From the sequence record OZ035785.1: 64,000 nt of DNA; one strand, written 5' to 3'. Source of the stretch: Tequatrovirus BCH953P2. The notes beneath the pieces are model-generated. The model saw only the letters and a program-made list of their open reading frames with translations, was not told the origin of the DNA and ran no database searches. Position numbers and translations under genes: made by a program. Below are positions 1 to 10,804 of the stretch, piece by piece (the stretch's first letter is position 1; each line of letters begins with the position of its first letter).

Positions 1-335
1 CATTCATGTTTTTGTTTAAAAGAAATAACTCGGAAGTTATTAGTTAAATCTTTCATAAAAGTTCTTTGACCAGGAACGATTTCAATAAGTCCCCAATCTT
101 CTAACAGCCATGCAATCGAATCACGACGAACTTCATCTTCTTCTGTCATTTCAACTTGACGACCATCCATACGAAGCATTTCTTTAAAATGAACAATATA
201 GTATAGTCCTTTTTTCTGAAGAATATGACAGGACTGATACAGAACTTTATCTTTATTATTAGCAATTCCCATACGAGTCAAAGTTTCTTTTACTTTCAGA
301 AAATCTTCAGGTTTTTTAAGAGTAATTTCAATCAT
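1..335 (-). CDS. regA: Translational repressor RegA, C-terminal end cut by window edge
   Basis: Reverse complement of 301-335 reads ATGATTGAAATTACTCTTAAAAAACCTGAAGATTT = MIEITLKKPEDF, the remembered T4 RegA N-terminus; ORF runs off the window so it is absent from the ORF track. Confidence 0.85.
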   Translation of the reverse strand, partial: MIEITLKKPEDFLKVKETLTRMGIANNKDKVLYQSCHILQKKGLYYIVHFKEMLRMDGRQVEMTEEDEVRRDSIAWLLEDWGLIEIVPGQRTFMKDLTNNFRVISFKQKHE

Positions 336-336
336 T

Positions 337-900
337 TTACCATTCCAATGCTAGTTTTTTGAGTTGTTTCTGTTCTTTTACGTTCTTAGTCACTTCTTTC
401 AAAAAATCATCCGTGACTAATCCTTTTAGTTCTTTTAATACTAAAGGTAGTTTTCCATTTTTAGTAAGAATTGATTTATAGTTAATTGCATCATTTGTAT
501 TAACTTGATACCGCTTAGCAAGTAACTTAATAATCAATACTTCGGTGGAATCTTCAACCAGTTTTGCCCATTTACCATATCTTTTACCACGAGGAACTGC
601 AGCCATTAGATAATTAAAATGAGCTTCATCACTTAAACCTGATCCAATTAAATTCATAGCATATACAGCTGGCATGCACTCCGGAAATTGTGATAATGCA
701 TTTTCAACCATGAATTTTGAATAATCTTTTTGAGCAATAGAGCATTTAGTTTTATTATTGATAGCTCCAATTATTTCAAAAAATTCATTTTCAGCTTTTT
801 CTTTAAAAGAATCAGCAGCGGATTGGACAGCTGTCCAATCTTTTGAATACCAAGCAACTTGATGCTCGTTTAATTGAATATCATCTTCAAATAAGCTCAT
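337..900 (-). CDS. 62: Clamp loader small subunit gp62
   Basis: ORF 337..921 translation matches remembered T4 gp62 from internal Met MSLFEDDIQ (187 aa); sits immediately downstream of gene 44. Confidence 0.85.
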   Translation of the reverse strand: MSLFEDDIQLNEHQVAWYSKDWTAVQSAADSFKEKAENEFFEIIGAINNKTKCSIAQKDYSKFMVENALSQFPECMPAVYAMNLIGSGLSDEAHFNYLMAAVPRGKRYGKWAKLVEDSTEVLIIKLLAKRYQVNTNDAINYKSILTKNGKLPLVLKELKGLVTDDFLKEVTKNVKEQKQLKKLALEW

Positions 901-901
901 A

Positions 902-1861
902 TCACTTCCACTGCATTTCACATGCTAATTGAATGAAAAGATAAGCTAGATGCAATTCAGTATTAGCTGCAATACCATGATACTGATTATTTTCGCCGAC
1001 AATTTCGTACATACGAATAATACTCTGTGGAGTTACACGTGAATAGATTTCTTCGGCAAGTTTACCAACGAACCACGAATAATCAGCTGCATATTTTGGT
1101 GCTAAAGCTCTGAGTTGTTTAACATCTTTATTTTTGAGAGACTCAAGAACATCATCAATAGCACCACGATCGTTAGTAACCAGTGATAAAATACCAGCAT
1201 CCAAAACACCTTTAGATGAATAACTATCGAGCTCGCCAATAGTTTTACGAAAATCAGGAAAATTCTTTTTAACCAAAGCTGCTACAACTTTCATATCAGC
1301 TATAGCAATTCCTTCATGCTTGCAGATTTCAGTCAATCGACGAATCATCTGCTTCATCATTTCAATTTTATCTTCATCGGTCGGTTGACCGAATGTAATA
1401 ACTCGGCAGCGTGACTGAAGCGGTTTAATAATACCATCAATATTGTTAGCAGTAATAATAATACTACAGTTTGAACTATAAGCTTCCATAAAGGAACGAA
1501 GATGTCGCTGAGACTCTGCTAGCCCTGAACGGTCAAATTCATCAATAACGATTACTTTTTGACGACCATCAAATGAAGCTGCACTGGCAAAATTAGTCAA
1601 AGGACCACGAACGAAATCAATTTTACAATCTGATCCATTCACAAACATCATATCAGCATTTACATCATGACACAATGCTTTCGCTACAGTCGTTTTACCT
1701 GTTCCTGGAGAAGGAGAATGAAGAATAATATGTGGAATCTTACCTTTACTTGTAATAGATTTAAAGGTTTCTTTATCAAAGGCGGGAAGAATACATTCAT
1801 CGATAGTAGATGGACGATATTTCTGTTCAAGAATGTGTTCTTTTTCATTTACAGTAATCAT
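902..1861 (-). CDS. 44: Clamp loader large subunit gp44 (AAA+ ATPase)
   Basis: Walker A GTGKTT, Walker B VIVIDEFD; matches remembered T4 gp44 from MITVNEKEH; start adjusted inward from the ORF-track start. Confidence 0.9.
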
Positions 1862-1912
1862 AATTTCCTCATTCAAGTTTTAGTGTAAATTATAAAGGGC
1901 CGAAGCCCTTTA

Positions 1913-2599
1913 TTAAAAATCGTGGGTAGAATCAGCTTCAAGAGCTACCACATAATTCGCGTGTTCACCTTCAAATTTAGCAGCACCTTGTTTACCTTTT
2001 GCCCAGAGCAGAAGTTTATAATTTCCTGGTTGCATTTTCATATTTGCCATATTGATAATGAAATTAAATGTATTTTCACCATCATAATCACCAAGAGTCA
2101 AAGAATATTTAACACGGGTCAGAGCAGAATCTTCTACTTTATTAAAACCGTTAATTACGATTTTACCTTCTTTTACTGTGATAGCAATTGTATCAATCTG
2201 CAGACCACGAGATACACGCAACAGCTGTTGAAGGTCTTCAGCTTTAATTTCGGTAACAACAGATGCTACCGGGAATGGAATTGGTTTATTAGGAGCAACT
2301 ACTGTACTCGGATCGGCTGCTGGCCAAAAAATTGTTGAGCGAGCATCTGCAATTTTGATATTTCCATCTTCTGATTGCGAAATTTCTGCATCATCATTAA
2401 CTAGAGACAGAATACCGAGAAAACCGTTCAAATCGTAAATTGCTACATCAAAATCAATAACGTCAGAAATATTTGCTTCCGCATAAGTTGTACCATTAAC
2501 TGCGCGAGTCATAATAAATTGACCGGATTTAAGCATAATACCAGAGTTAATAGTAGCGAAATTTTTAAGCAGAGCAGTAGTATCTTTAGACAGTTTCAT
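1913..2599 (-). CDS. 45: Sliding clamp gp45
   Basis: 228 aa, begins MKLSKDTTALLKNFATINSG as in T4 gp45; synteny with 44/62. Confidence 0.9.
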   Translation of the reverse strand: MKLSKDTTALLKNFATINSGIMLKSGQFIMTRAVNGTTYAEANISDVIDFDVAIYDLNGFLGILSLVNDDAEISQSEDGNIKIADARSTIFWPAADPSTVVAPNKPIPFPVASVVTEIKAEDLQQLLRVSRGLQIDTIAITVKEGKIVINGFNKVEDSALTRVKYSLTLGDYDGENTFNFIINMANMKMQPGNYKLLLWAKGKQGAAKFEGEHANYVVALEADSTHDF

Positions 2600-2654
2600 G
2601 TAATTTCCTTCAATTCAAATGAGATTTAATTTTATAACTAATTAAATAAAGCAA

Positions 2655-3044
2655 TTAACGATTAAAATCAGCTGCGATTGTTTCGGCAACAATTTGAGCA
2701 GCAACAATCAGACGTTCATCTGCATTGCCGCAATATTCATCTTCAAGGCGTTCACCACATGAAGTCATAATAAATTTAGCACCGGCGTTTAGGGATTCTG
2801 TAGTATGTTTGCGCATTAGTTCAATCCATTTATTACTTACTTCACGATCGATAGCTTCATAATACGCATGACGAGCAGGTGCAGATTTAATTTTGTTCTG
2901 AATAACTTCCATTGCGTTATCAGAAAGAGACAAAACCCATGCTCGACGAATTTTATTTTGGTTTTGTGGATTTGATTCAGAACGCACGTGTTTTGGCTGA
3001 ATATCTTTTACATCAACAGTATAATTCACAGTAATTTTAGTCAT
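2655..3044 (-). CDS. rpbA: RNA polymerase-binding protein RpbA
   Basis: 129 aa ORF in the T4 rpbA position between genes 45 and 46. Confidence 0.7.
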   Translation of the reverse strand: MTKITVNYTVDVKDIQPKHVRSESNPQNQNKIRRAWVLSLSDNAMEVIQNKIKSAPARHAYYEAIDREVSNKWIELMRKHTTESLNAGAKFIMTSCGERLEDEYCGNADERLIVAAQIVAETIAADFNR

Positions 3045-3053
3045 AATACACCT

Positions 3054-3242
3054 TTAGTCATAATAATCAGTAACAGTCCAAGCTTCATTTCTATTGGACA
3101 TTATTTTTGTATATTCTGCTTTAAATGCATTCCTAAGCATAGATTCAGTAACTATATGCTCTTCATTAGAAAAATTATTTCTCAGAATATATCGTTTTAT
3201 TTCAGGAATAGTTAATAGATGTTGTCCAGTTGAATATTCCAT
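3054..3242 (-). CDS. Hypothetical small protein (T4 45.2 position)
   Basis: 62 aa ORF, same strand, compact spacing. Confidence 0.4.
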   Translation of the reverse strand: MEYSTGQHLLTIPEIKRYILRNNFSNEEHIVTESMLRNAFKAEYTKIMSNRNEAWTVTDYYD

Positions 3243-3297
3243 GTTTTTCCTCCACAGAGATTATACTCTAATAAATTAAAGCATAATCTCTTATAAA

Positions 3298-4980
3298 TTA
3301 AACCATTACAGTAAATCGACCAACTTTCTTCATTTGAAGATGCTGACCATATGCTTGCGGGTCATGGTCTCTATGTGAAATAACAAAAACATTAGTATTT
3401 TTTAAACTATCTAAAATAGTTGAAATAGCTTTTACACCTTCAACGTCGGTCGCTGAATCAAAAACTTCATCAAGAATTAGTGTGTTTATTTTAACACCTG
3501 AAACTTTTTCAGCAATATCACGCCAAGTAAATAAAAGAGCAATATCAATTCGTGCTTTTTCACCTTGACTGAATGAAGCATAACTAAAATCTTCGCGACC
3601 ACGGGATTTAATTGTCTCATTAAATTCTTCATCTAATGTAAACACATAATCCGCTTCCATTATTTTAAGATAATGGTTAATCTGCTTATTAAATAATGGA
3701 ATGTACTTTTTAATAATAGCACCTTTAATACCAGAATCTTTGAGCATATCAGTCAAAATTCCTCGGTGGTATTTTTCCATTACTAAATTAGTTTTTGTCT
3801 TAACAATTTTATCAAGTTCTTCTTGAAGCAGTGCTATTTCATCAGCATGGTCAATAAACTCAGAAGATGCTTTTTCTATAGCTGCTTTAACTTTTTTGGC
3901 TTTATCTACCGTCGTGATTAGAGATTGCTTTTTATTGCGAATATCATTTGCCAACGACTGTTGGGTTTTAATATTATCTCGGTATTCATCAACAAGAACT
4001 TTTAAATTATCACGATGTGTTGAAAGCTGTTCAAACGAATGCGTACATTCAGAAACTTTATCTTTAATTTTAGAAACAACTTTATCACCGGAACTCAATT
4101 GTGACAAACAGGTTGGACATAATCCACCTTCGTGATACATATTAATGACTTTATTATACGAGTCAATTTTTGATTTAATTAAAAATGCTTCTTGACCGAT
4201 TTTATTAAATGCATCAGTCGGGTCTTCATCTAAAACAATATTAACTAATCTTTCATTAGCTTCTTCTATTTCCGATTTTAGCGTTCTAGCTTCTTTTGCC
4301 AAATCATCATACATATTTTGTAGACGAGTAAGGTTGTCACCCGTTAATTTTTTCTGGCGTTCAACGTTATCATTATATATTTTAATTTGTTGGATAATAC
4401 TATCTTTTTTAACATCAAGCACTTGGTTTTGTGAATTTAATTCACGTATTAGTGCTTTATTAAGCTTATCCATTTCAGCTAGTGTTCCTACCTCAAGCAG
4501 GTCTTCCACAAGCTTTCTTCGTGCAGGGGTCGACAAACCCATGAAAGGGGTATACCCTGCTGTACCAAGGACAACAATCTGCTTGAAACTGGCATATGAC
4601 ATTCCGATAAGCTGTTCAAATTCTGCTTGGAAATCTTTACTGCTGGCAGATTCATTAAGACGTGTACCGTTAACGGTGATTTCGAAAACGTTCGGTTTTT
4701 GTCCTCTTTTGATATAGTACTTTTTCTCATCATATTCCATCCACAGTTCAACTAAAAGTTCTTTCTTATTTGTGCTGTTTATTAATTGACCTTTCTTTAC
4801 ATCACGAAATGGCTTACCAAAAAGCCCAAATGTGATGGCTTCTAGCATAGTAGACTTACCACCGCCATTTCGTCCAGTAATAAGAGTTTTTTGAACCTTA
4901 TCTAATTGAATGTCAACTCCATTTTGACCAACTGACATTATATTTTTATATTTTACTCTATTAAGTTTAAAATTCTTCAC
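3298..4980 (-). CDS. 46: Recombination endonuclease subunit gp46 (SbcC/Rad50-like ATPase)
   Basis: 560 aa; N-terminal Walker A GRNGGGKST, long central coiled coil, C-terminal LILDEVFD motif. Confidence 0.9.
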   Translation of the reverse strand: MKNFKLNRVKYKNIMSVGQNGVDIQLDKVQKTLITGRNGGGKSTMLEAITFGLFGKPFRDVKKGQLINSTNKKELLVELWMEYDEKKYYIKRGQKPNVFEITVNGTRLNESASSKDFQAEFEQLIGMSYASFKQIVVLGTAGYTPFMGLSTPARRKLVEDLLEVGTLAEMDKLNKALIRELNSQNQVLDVKKDSIIQQIKIYNDNVERQKKLTGDNLTRLQNMYDDLAKEARTLKSEIEEANERLVNIVLDEDPTDAFNKIGQEAFLIKSKIDSYNKVINMYHEGGLCPTCLSQLSSGDKVVSKIKDKVSECTHSFEQLSTHRDNLKVLVDEYRDNIKTQQSLANDIRNKKQSLITTVDKAKKVKAAIEKASSEFIDHADEIALLQEELDKIVKTKTNLVMEKYHRGILTDMLKDSGIKGAIIKKYIPLFNKQINHYLKIMEADYVFTLDEEFNETIKSRGREDFSYASFSQGEKARIDIALLFTWRDIAEKVSGVKINTLILDEVFDSATDVEGVKAISTILDSLKNTNVFVISHRDHDPQAYGQHLQMKKVGRFTVMV

Positions 4981-5240
4981 AAAAGATTCCTTTTAATGTA
5001 TCTTTTAGACCATTCTATCATATCATCATAATCTAAAAAGTATTCATCAAATTCAGCCATGCAAACAACGCCTTGTGCTGCTTTTGATGTGATATAAATT
5101 ATTCCAACATATCTAGAATCTTCTTCGGTATAATCAATGTTTGCTATGAATTCATCATTAATGTCAAATGTCGAAAACTTCACAATACGCATCCTTAATA
5201 CAAGATACAGCCATATCTCGCAATGATTTAGGTGTGTCAT
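4977..5240 (-). CDS. Hypothetical protein (46.1 position)
   Basis: 87 aa ORF, stop overlaps gene 46 start. Confidence 0.4.
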   Translation of the reverse strand: MTHLNHCEIWLYLVLRMRIVKFSTFDINDEFIANIDYTEEDSRYVGIIYITSKAAQGVVCMAEFDEYFLDYDDMIEWSKRYIKRNLL

Positions 5241-5427
5241 TATCTAAAATGTTGAAGTTAAAAGATACAGCCCAATCTGTACAGACCGTAACCTTTTTAA
5301 TACAATTATCTTCAACCTCTAGCGGTTCAAACCAATATTCAATAATTTCTTTATGACCAATATCATCTTTTACTTCGCATTCAAAATGCTGACTCATCAT
5401 AACATTTTTAAATTCATCAAAAGTCAT
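5164..5427 (-). CDS. Hypothetical protein (46.2 position), start uncertain
   Basis: 87 aa ORF overlapping its neighbour in another frame; stop overlaps gene 47 start. Confidence 0.35.
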   Translation of the reverse strand: MTFDEFKNVMMSQHFECEVKDDIGHKEIIEYWFEPLEVEDNCIKKVTVCTDWAVSFNFNILDNDTPKSLRDMAVSCIKDAYCEVFDI

Positions 5428-6443
5428 TGTGTTGCCTCTACATATAACTGATTTGCATATTGAATAAGTGCTTCACGGTCAGAATCAGTGATGTCTGGAA
5501 TTGCATTAATGTATTCTTCCATCAACGTCTGAAGAGATTGAACTTCAACTTCTTCACTGTCATCTGACTCGACAGAGTTATCAATCTTTGACACAACTCG
5601 TAATGAATGCACAACTTTCTCTAGTTCAGATTCGAACTTCGTCAGATTTTTGTCTACTTCAGTTACTATAACACGTACTGATAGATTTGTAAAATCTTTA
5701 TAGTCAATTTTTCCTTTAAATGGATAATGAATTCTACGATGCCAGGTAGTATTGTTTGGAATAAATTCCATTCGTTCTGTTTCTGTATCAAACATCCAGA
5801 ACCCACGAGGGTCATTCTCGTCACCTGCAGTTAGTGTCCATGGTGTCCCAATATATCTGACATTAGCAGCCTCAGAAATAGTATGGAAGTGACCAGACCA
5901 CACTTCTTTATAAGTCTTAAGGAAATCAGGTTCAAGACCATGAGATTTCATTCCTTTATAAAAATAAAATCCATTCAGTTCCCAGTGACCAACACAAAAA
6001 GAAGCAGATGAAGTTTTGATGTGTTCAAGAATTTCACCAGTATTTTCTTCACACATCCAAGGAATTAAATCAATTAAACATCCGTCAAAATCTACCGTAG
6101 TAGGCTTATCATATACTTTAACATTAGGATATTTAGCCAAAAGCTCAGTAGAGGCATTTGGATGCATTACATTTTTGTAGTGGAGATCGTGATTTCCTAC
6201 AATAGTATGTAATGTGATTCCAGCATCATCAAGCATTTGAACTATTTCACGGGCAAACTCCATAGTTTTATGTGTGATCGCTTTTCGTACATCAAAAATA
6301 TCACCATATTGAATCCATACAGTAATTCCATTTTTCTTAGAATATTCTATCGCTTGTTTAATTCCATCAATTTGAATACCGCGAATCCACTCATCATCGG
6401 CTTTAACGCCTAAATGCCAATCACCTAAATTTAAAATTTTCAT
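5424..6443 (-). CDS. 47: Recombination endonuclease subunit gp47 (SbcD/Mre11-like phosphoesterase)
   Basis: 339 aa; calcineurin-like phosphoesterase motifs (GDWH, GDIFD, GNHD); adjacent to gene 46. Confidence 0.9.
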   Translation of the reverse strand: MKILNLGDWHLGVKADDEWIRGIQIDGIKQAIEYSKKNGITVWIQYGDIFDVRKAITHKTMEFAREIVQMLDDAGITLHTIVGNHDLHYKNVMHPNASTELLAKYPNVKVYDKPTTVDFDGCLIDLIPWMCEENTGEILEHIKTSSASFCVGHWELNGFYFYKGMKSHGLEPDFLKTYKEVWSGHFHTISEAANVRYIGTPWTLTAGDENDPRGFWMFDTETERMEFIPNNTTWHRRIHYPFKGKIDYKDFTNLSVRVIVTEVDKNLTKFESELEKVVHSLRVVSKIDNSVESDDSEEVEVQSLQTLMEEYINAIPDITDSDREALIQYANQLYVEATQ

Positions 6444-6580
6444 ATATCAAGAACCGTCATTGAAATGCAAAATAAAATTATTGAAATAAATCCATCTGGA
6501 GTGCTAAAGAACCCAATCCAACATGCTCTAGTGAATAGATAAAATGCAAGAAAAAGTATCACATATCCAAGAAATATCAT
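6440..6580 (-). CDS. Small hydrophobic protein (46 aa), not in ORF track
   Basis: Hand-translated MIFLGYVILFLAFYLFTRACWIGFFSTPDGFISIILFCISMTVLDI; its TGA overlaps the gene 47 ATG. Confidence 0.35.
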   Translation of the reverse strand: MIFLGYVILFLAFYLFTRACWIGFFSTPDGFISIILFCISMTVLDI

Positions 6581-6619
6581 TATATCAAACTCCGTATAAA
6601 GCTAAAGGGCCGAAGCCCT

Positions 6620-7822
6620 TTATTTTGTAATAATGTCAAACTGTTCTTTAAAGCAGAAGCTTGAATCTTGATGCTGATACAAAAATTCATATGCTTTTTC
6701 TCGCTCACGGTCATAAAGAGCTCGGTCAGATGACAGTTCTTTAATACGCTCGAATGTTGATTCCATGTCATTTTCATCAAACCAAACGATACCGCTATCA
6801 TGCGAGGTCAAAGGAGTATTATCAACACGGAATTTTAAATTTTCGCCAGTAGATTTCCAAAATACCGGAATTGTTCCACATGCACCAAGCTCGAGGTGAG
6901 TATATTCTAAAGAGCGCTGTAGATATTTTTTATCCAACTTACTCAACTGATAACCAAATCCAGATTTACTCATACGTTCAAGCATTTCGCTATTTACATA
7001 ACGATCGAGAATTTGCGTTGGTAAATTAGGAGCAATTTTAATTTGGTCTACTTGATGAAGACGATAATACTCGTATGGAATTCCTTTTTCTTTAATAGGA
7101 ATGAACGCTGGAGAACGTTCCAGACCTTCCATAATAGTACTTAGTCCTGCAGGTTTAAGATGTTTTTCGTGAAAATCAAACATCTGATAAAAACCTTTCC
7201 ATGTAGTCGTACGACCAATCCAACGGTTGATATTCATGTTAATTTCAGAAACATCTTTCCAGTAGGTTGATCGAACCTTCGCAATATCCATAGGAGGCTG
7301 AAAGTTGTATACGGTCGGTGCTTCTTCAATATCATCAAACAGAGAAACTGTTTCTGGATACCATTCTTTCATCAGAACTTTATTAAAATCGCCATTATCA
7401 GAATGGCTAAAAATAACATCAGCTCGACGAACAGTTTCTTCTAATCCCAAATTTCGACGCAAAGAAAGAGAAGAATGGTCATGTTGATAAACTACAACAC
7501 GAACCGAAGGTTTAATGTTATCAATAATTTTTTTATAGTTATTAATAGTGTCTTCTTCAACTGAAGTAGCAGGAACTGAATTGATAATTAGAATATCACA
7601 ATCATTTACCAGCTTAAGTGTTTTATCGTATTCTTTTGCCAATAAAACCGGAATTGAAAATGATTTATAATCATGCGCGCAATTACGGGTAAATGATTTA
7701 TCTTTAGCATAAACCAAAGTTACTTCATGACCATTTTTAATAAACCAATCACGCTGCTCAAGAGAAAATTTAGTTACACCACAACCTTCAAGACCTCGAG
7801 CCATAAAAATACATACTTTCAT
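6620..7822 (-). CDS. a-gt: DNA alpha-glucosyltransferase
   Basis: 400 aa; near-identical over most of its length to remembered T4 alpha-glucosyltransferase (CIFMARGLEGCGVTKFSLEQRDWFIKNGHEVTLVYAKDKSF). Confidence 0.9.
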   Translation of the reverse strand: MKVCIFMARGLEGCGVTKFSLEQRDWFIKNGHEVTLVYAKDKSFTRNCAHDYKSFSIPVLLAKEYDKTLKLVNDCDILIINSVPATSVEEDTINNYKKIIDNIKPSVRVVVYQHDHSSLSLRRNLGLEETVRRADVIFSHSDNGDFNKVLMKEWYPETVSLFDDIEEAPTVYNFQPPMDIAKVRSTYWKDVSEINMNINRWIGRTTTWKGFYQMFDFHEKHLKPAGLSTIMEGLERSPAFIPIKEKGIPYEYYRLHQVDQIKIAPNLPTQILDRYVNSEMLERMSKSGFGYQLSKLDKKYLQRSLEYTHLELGACGTIPVFWKSTGENLKFRVDNTPLTSHDSGIVWFDENDMESTFERIKELSSDRALYDREREKAYEFLYQHQDSSFCFKEQFDIITK

Positions 7823-8065
7823 TTAATATCCTCATTGTTTTGGTTTATTTTACCAAAAATTTATAAAGCAATATAGGAGCTGAAGCTCCTATCCGCATAA
7901 TACACCATACAGAGGCTCATTAGAGCTTCTAAATTTTATGCGCTTATATGTTATAGTTCCTTCTGCTTTAGCTTTATCATGAGACTCTTTAAAGAGTCTC
8001 ATGATTTCTACTTTAGAGGAACGAATTTTATTATAATCTATTTCAGAAGTCTGGGTGTTCATCTT

Positions 8066-8272
8066 TCATAACTGCCACCATTTTTTGACTTGATAAGAAT
8101 CAACCCACACTTTCATATTAGGGTCTGCTCTTACAATAGGAGGATTAACTTCTTTAATTGAACTATCATGGTATTCTTTTTCAGAAATTTTCACACAAAG
8201 ATGACCATTCAAAGATTCAGTAAATCCTGCATTAATTTTAAGACGCTTGAATTTTACGTGTGTAAGCATCAA
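8066..8272 (-). CDS. Hypothetical protein
   Basis: 68 aa ORF between a-gt and 55. Confidence 0.35.
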   Translation of the reverse strand: MMLTHVKFKRLKINAGFTESLNGHLCVKISEKEYHDSSIKEVNPPIVRADPNMKVWVDSYQVKKWWQL

Positions 8273-8555
8273 TCATATCCTCAATCTGCGATCTAGTAGT
8301 CTTCCAAAGAATACTGATGAGTTCATCGTTATATGGCTGTTTTAGAATATCCCGACTTTTCTTGATAGCATATTCGTATTGAGCAAAATTATTATTTTCA
8401 GCTGCGATCTGAGCATGCTTATAAAGACGATTCAGTTCGCGTTTGTTTTTAGACAATAACTTATTTGCTTTTCTTTCTGCTTCAAGACGGTTCTTTTCTT
8501 CAATAGAAGAAATAAGCTTTTCCACTTCATCATTAATTTCGGGTTTATCAGTCAT
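8238..8555 (-). CDS. Hypothetical protein
   Basis: 105 aa ORF, helical/charged composition. Confidence 0.4.
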   Translation of the reverse strand: MTDKPEINDEVEKLISSIEEKNRLEAERKANKLLSKNKRELNRLYKHAQIAAENNNFAQYEYAIKKSRDILKQPYNDELISILWKTTRSQIEDMIDAYTRKIQAS

Positions 8556-8556
8556 A

Positions 8557-8775
8557 TTATTTCTCTAATATAAAATAAAAATCATCATCTGTTAAATGAT
8601 ACCGATAGTTTAATTCTACACCATTAGATTTAAAAGCGGTATCATACGGATTTTCTGGATCAATATCAATGTCAAGAGCTAAAACTTCCCTGAGATACAT
8701 TTTAAGTAAATAGGGAATAGCTTCAACTTCAGGTATTTCTTCCAAGAATCCGGAGAGGTTAATCGTTAGCCTCAT
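8557..8775 (-). CDS. Hypothetical protein
   Basis: 72 aa ORF immediately downstream of gene 55. Confidence 0.4.
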
Positions 8776-9316
8776 ATAAAAAATCCAAACTAGGAGAATC
8801 GTCTACAACACTTTTCTTTTCAGCCCCCGGTGTTCTATAGGTTGATTCTTCGTAATGCGTCATTTTATCGTAGATGTCTTGAATAAAAGTTTCATCTACT
8901 AACGCAACCATATCGTCGTCACGACTGTCATAGACATTGTGAACGAAGTAACTATATTTCTTTGCAACTTCCTTACGTTCTTTTTTAATACGTTGGACGA
9001 ATGCATTAAAACAAGCTTGAGTTATATACGCATGTGGGTTTTTATATTTCGTTTCATCAAAATTATGAAGCCCCTTAATAGAAGCTTCTATACCATCTGC
9101 AATCATTTCTTGTTTCCAAGACTGGGTGTATCCTGAAAAGTTGAAACGTTTAGATAAGCCTTCTGCAATAAGCATAATGGCTAATCCGATAGTATCATTC
9201 TGACGAACTACTTTATTTGGGTCTTTATTATTTGCTAATTCTGTTTTCCAATCAATAATAGCTTGTAAAAGCTCTTTATTGTTTACGTAATTATATTTAG
9301 GCTTAGTTTCTGACAT
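8759..9316 (-). CDS. 55: Late-transcription sigma factor gp55
   Basis: Matches remembered T4 gp55 from [23 protein letters not shown]; start placed at that Met. Confidence 0.9.
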
Positions 9317-9398
9317 TTTCACCTCTTAGCTCAATTCATAGATCTATTATATCATAATATTTGAAGATCTATCTTAAAGCATAGAGGATGAATCAATT

Positions 9399-9614
9399 TC
9401 AAGAATTCATCAGCTTAGCCGCTTCAAGAGCTGCATCTAGTGAATCAAATTGGTCAACATATTCAATCAATTCGCCGTAATTGGCATATAACCACCATTG
9501 GCTAAATTCATACTCAAGGATGAATCCATTTCCTTCAATTTGAGTTAAACCAATGCCATTTGTATTTACTTCATATCCGGCAAGACGCAAATCGTTAATA
9601 AGAGCTTCGTTCAT
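9399..9614 (-). CDS. Hypothetical protein
   Basis: 71 aa ORF. Confidence 0.4.
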   Translation of the reverse strand: MNEALINDLRLAGYEVNTNGIGLTQIEGNGFILEYEFSQWWLYANYGELIEYVDQFDSLDAALEAAKLMNS

Positions 9615-9616
9615 AA

Positions 9617-9943
9617 TTATACCTTAGTAATTTTCAGGTCTGCAAATTTTTTCTTGCGTTGATTTTTCATACGACGAATAGTTTTATCGGAAATTTCATG
9701 CTTTTGATAAGCTTTAGATTCTACACCAAAAGCTTTAACATCAAATTCTGACAGGATATATTGAACCAACAATTCACGGATAGTATTGCGTCCAATTTTC
9801 TGATCATTCTGTTTCATCGTCTGATGAAGCTCTTTTTCCCATTTATCCAAAATTTGAGGAGTTACAATATCGCCTTTTTCTAGCAAAGAAACTACTTTAT
9901 CATATGCGTAAGAATTGATGGCGTTTTTAATTTGAATAGTCAT
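9617..9943 (-). CDS. Hypothetical protein
   Basis: 108 aa ORF. Confidence 0.4.
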   Translation of the reverse strand: MTIQIKNAINSYAYDKVVSLLEKGDIVTPQILDKWEKELHQTMKQNDQKIGRNTIRELLVQYILSEFDVKAFGVESKAYQKHEISDKTIRRMKNQRKKKFADLKITKV

Positions 9944-9995
9944 ACATTATCCTCAATTACGTTAAAATTTTATTATCCAAAAAGGGCCGAAGCCC

Positions 9996-10196
9996 TTAGC
10001 TAAACTTTTTGGCACCCTTCCAGCCTTCATACATCATTGCGGCTGATATTAATATTGCTCCTGAGCAACTTGAATATTTGTGATTCCAAAACCAGTTTAG
10101 AAAAACTTCATCATCAATACCTTGGGCTATCATATTTTCAAAGAACTGACGACGAGCTTCGGCAATTCGCTGCGATAATTTAGATTCAGGATTCAT
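9996..10196 (-). CDS. Hypothetical protein
   Basis: 66 aa ORF. Confidence 0.4.
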   Translation of the reverse strand: MNPESKLSQRIAEARRQFFENMIAQGIDDEVFLNWFWNHKYSSCSGAILISAAMMYEGWKGAKKFS

Positions 10197-10412
10197 TTAA
10201 ATTTTCCAATTACCGTTTTCATCAATGAATTTAATCCAGTCATTTACTGACCACTTAGTTGTATCACCTTTTGGAGTAACATTTAAAGTGTATAACCCCT
10301 GCTTAAAAAGCATTCGTTTGATATTCATATTTTCCTCAGCTGTAACGATAACACTCGTTTGATTTACGTTTAGCAACTCGTTGAGAAGTATTATAATCAA
10401 AATCATCGTCAA
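10197..10412 (-). CDS. Hypothetical protein
   Basis: 71 aa ORF. Confidence 0.4.
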   Translation of the reverse strand: MTMILIIILLNELLNVNQTSVIVTAEENMNIKRMLFKQGLYTLNVTPKGDTTKWSVNDWIKFIDENGNWKI

Positions 10413-10629
10413 TGTAAACTGATTTTTTCAACTTTCTTACTTCACCGCGTAATTGACGATTTAACTCATCTTTAACTTCTGAATCAATACCTTTCATTCT
10501 ACGCCATTTATCTGAGCGAAAAATGTTTTCAACCATATCTTTATGACTTACACCGTCTGGAGCTTTACGCTTTCCGAAATAGTCATAATCACGCACTTTT
10601 AAGTCTTTACGACGATACGTTTTACCCAT
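10336..10629 (-). CDS. Hypothetical basic protein, start set at internal MGKTY
   Basis: ORF 10336..10674; internal ATG overlaps the stop of the upstream ORF (ATGGGTAA). Confidence 0.35.
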   Translation of the reverse strand: MGKTYRRKDLKVRDYDYFGKRKAPDGVSHKDMVENIFRSDKWRRMKGIDSEVKDELNRQLRGEVRKLKKSVYIDDDFDYNTSQRVAKRKSNECYRYS

Positions 10630-10804
10630 GGAGTTTAATTTCCTTAGCAACTGAACTAAATACAGCACGATCACAAATCATACGTTTATGTAACTTGAGT
10701 ATAAGATAGTAAACATCAAAACCATTTACATAAGTAACACGAACAACATTACCATTAATAAAATAATACTGTCCCTTTTTAATTTCTTTATCAACCACAA
10801 CCAT
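10622..10804 (-). CDS. Hypothetical protein
   Basis: 60 aa ORF downstream of an early-promoter-like motif at 10835-10864. Confidence 0.4.
   Translation of the reverse strand: MVVVDKEIKKGQYYFINGNVVRVTYVNGFDVYYLILKLHKRMICDRAVFSSVAKEIKLHG

Noticed and set aside
1667-4751. Plus-strand ORFs (1667..1888, 1922..2338, 3896..4135, 4334..4717) and a second minus-frame ORF (4488..4751) inside genes 44, 45 and 46
   Set aside because: Fully overlapped by well-supported minus-strand genes; low-complexity translations with no start context; antisense or alternate-frame shadows.
6580-6801. Minus-strand ORF 6580..6801 overlapping the a-gt 3-prime end
   Set aside because: Alternative frame inside a-gt; the coupled 6440..6580 ORF in another frame is the better candidate for this spacer.
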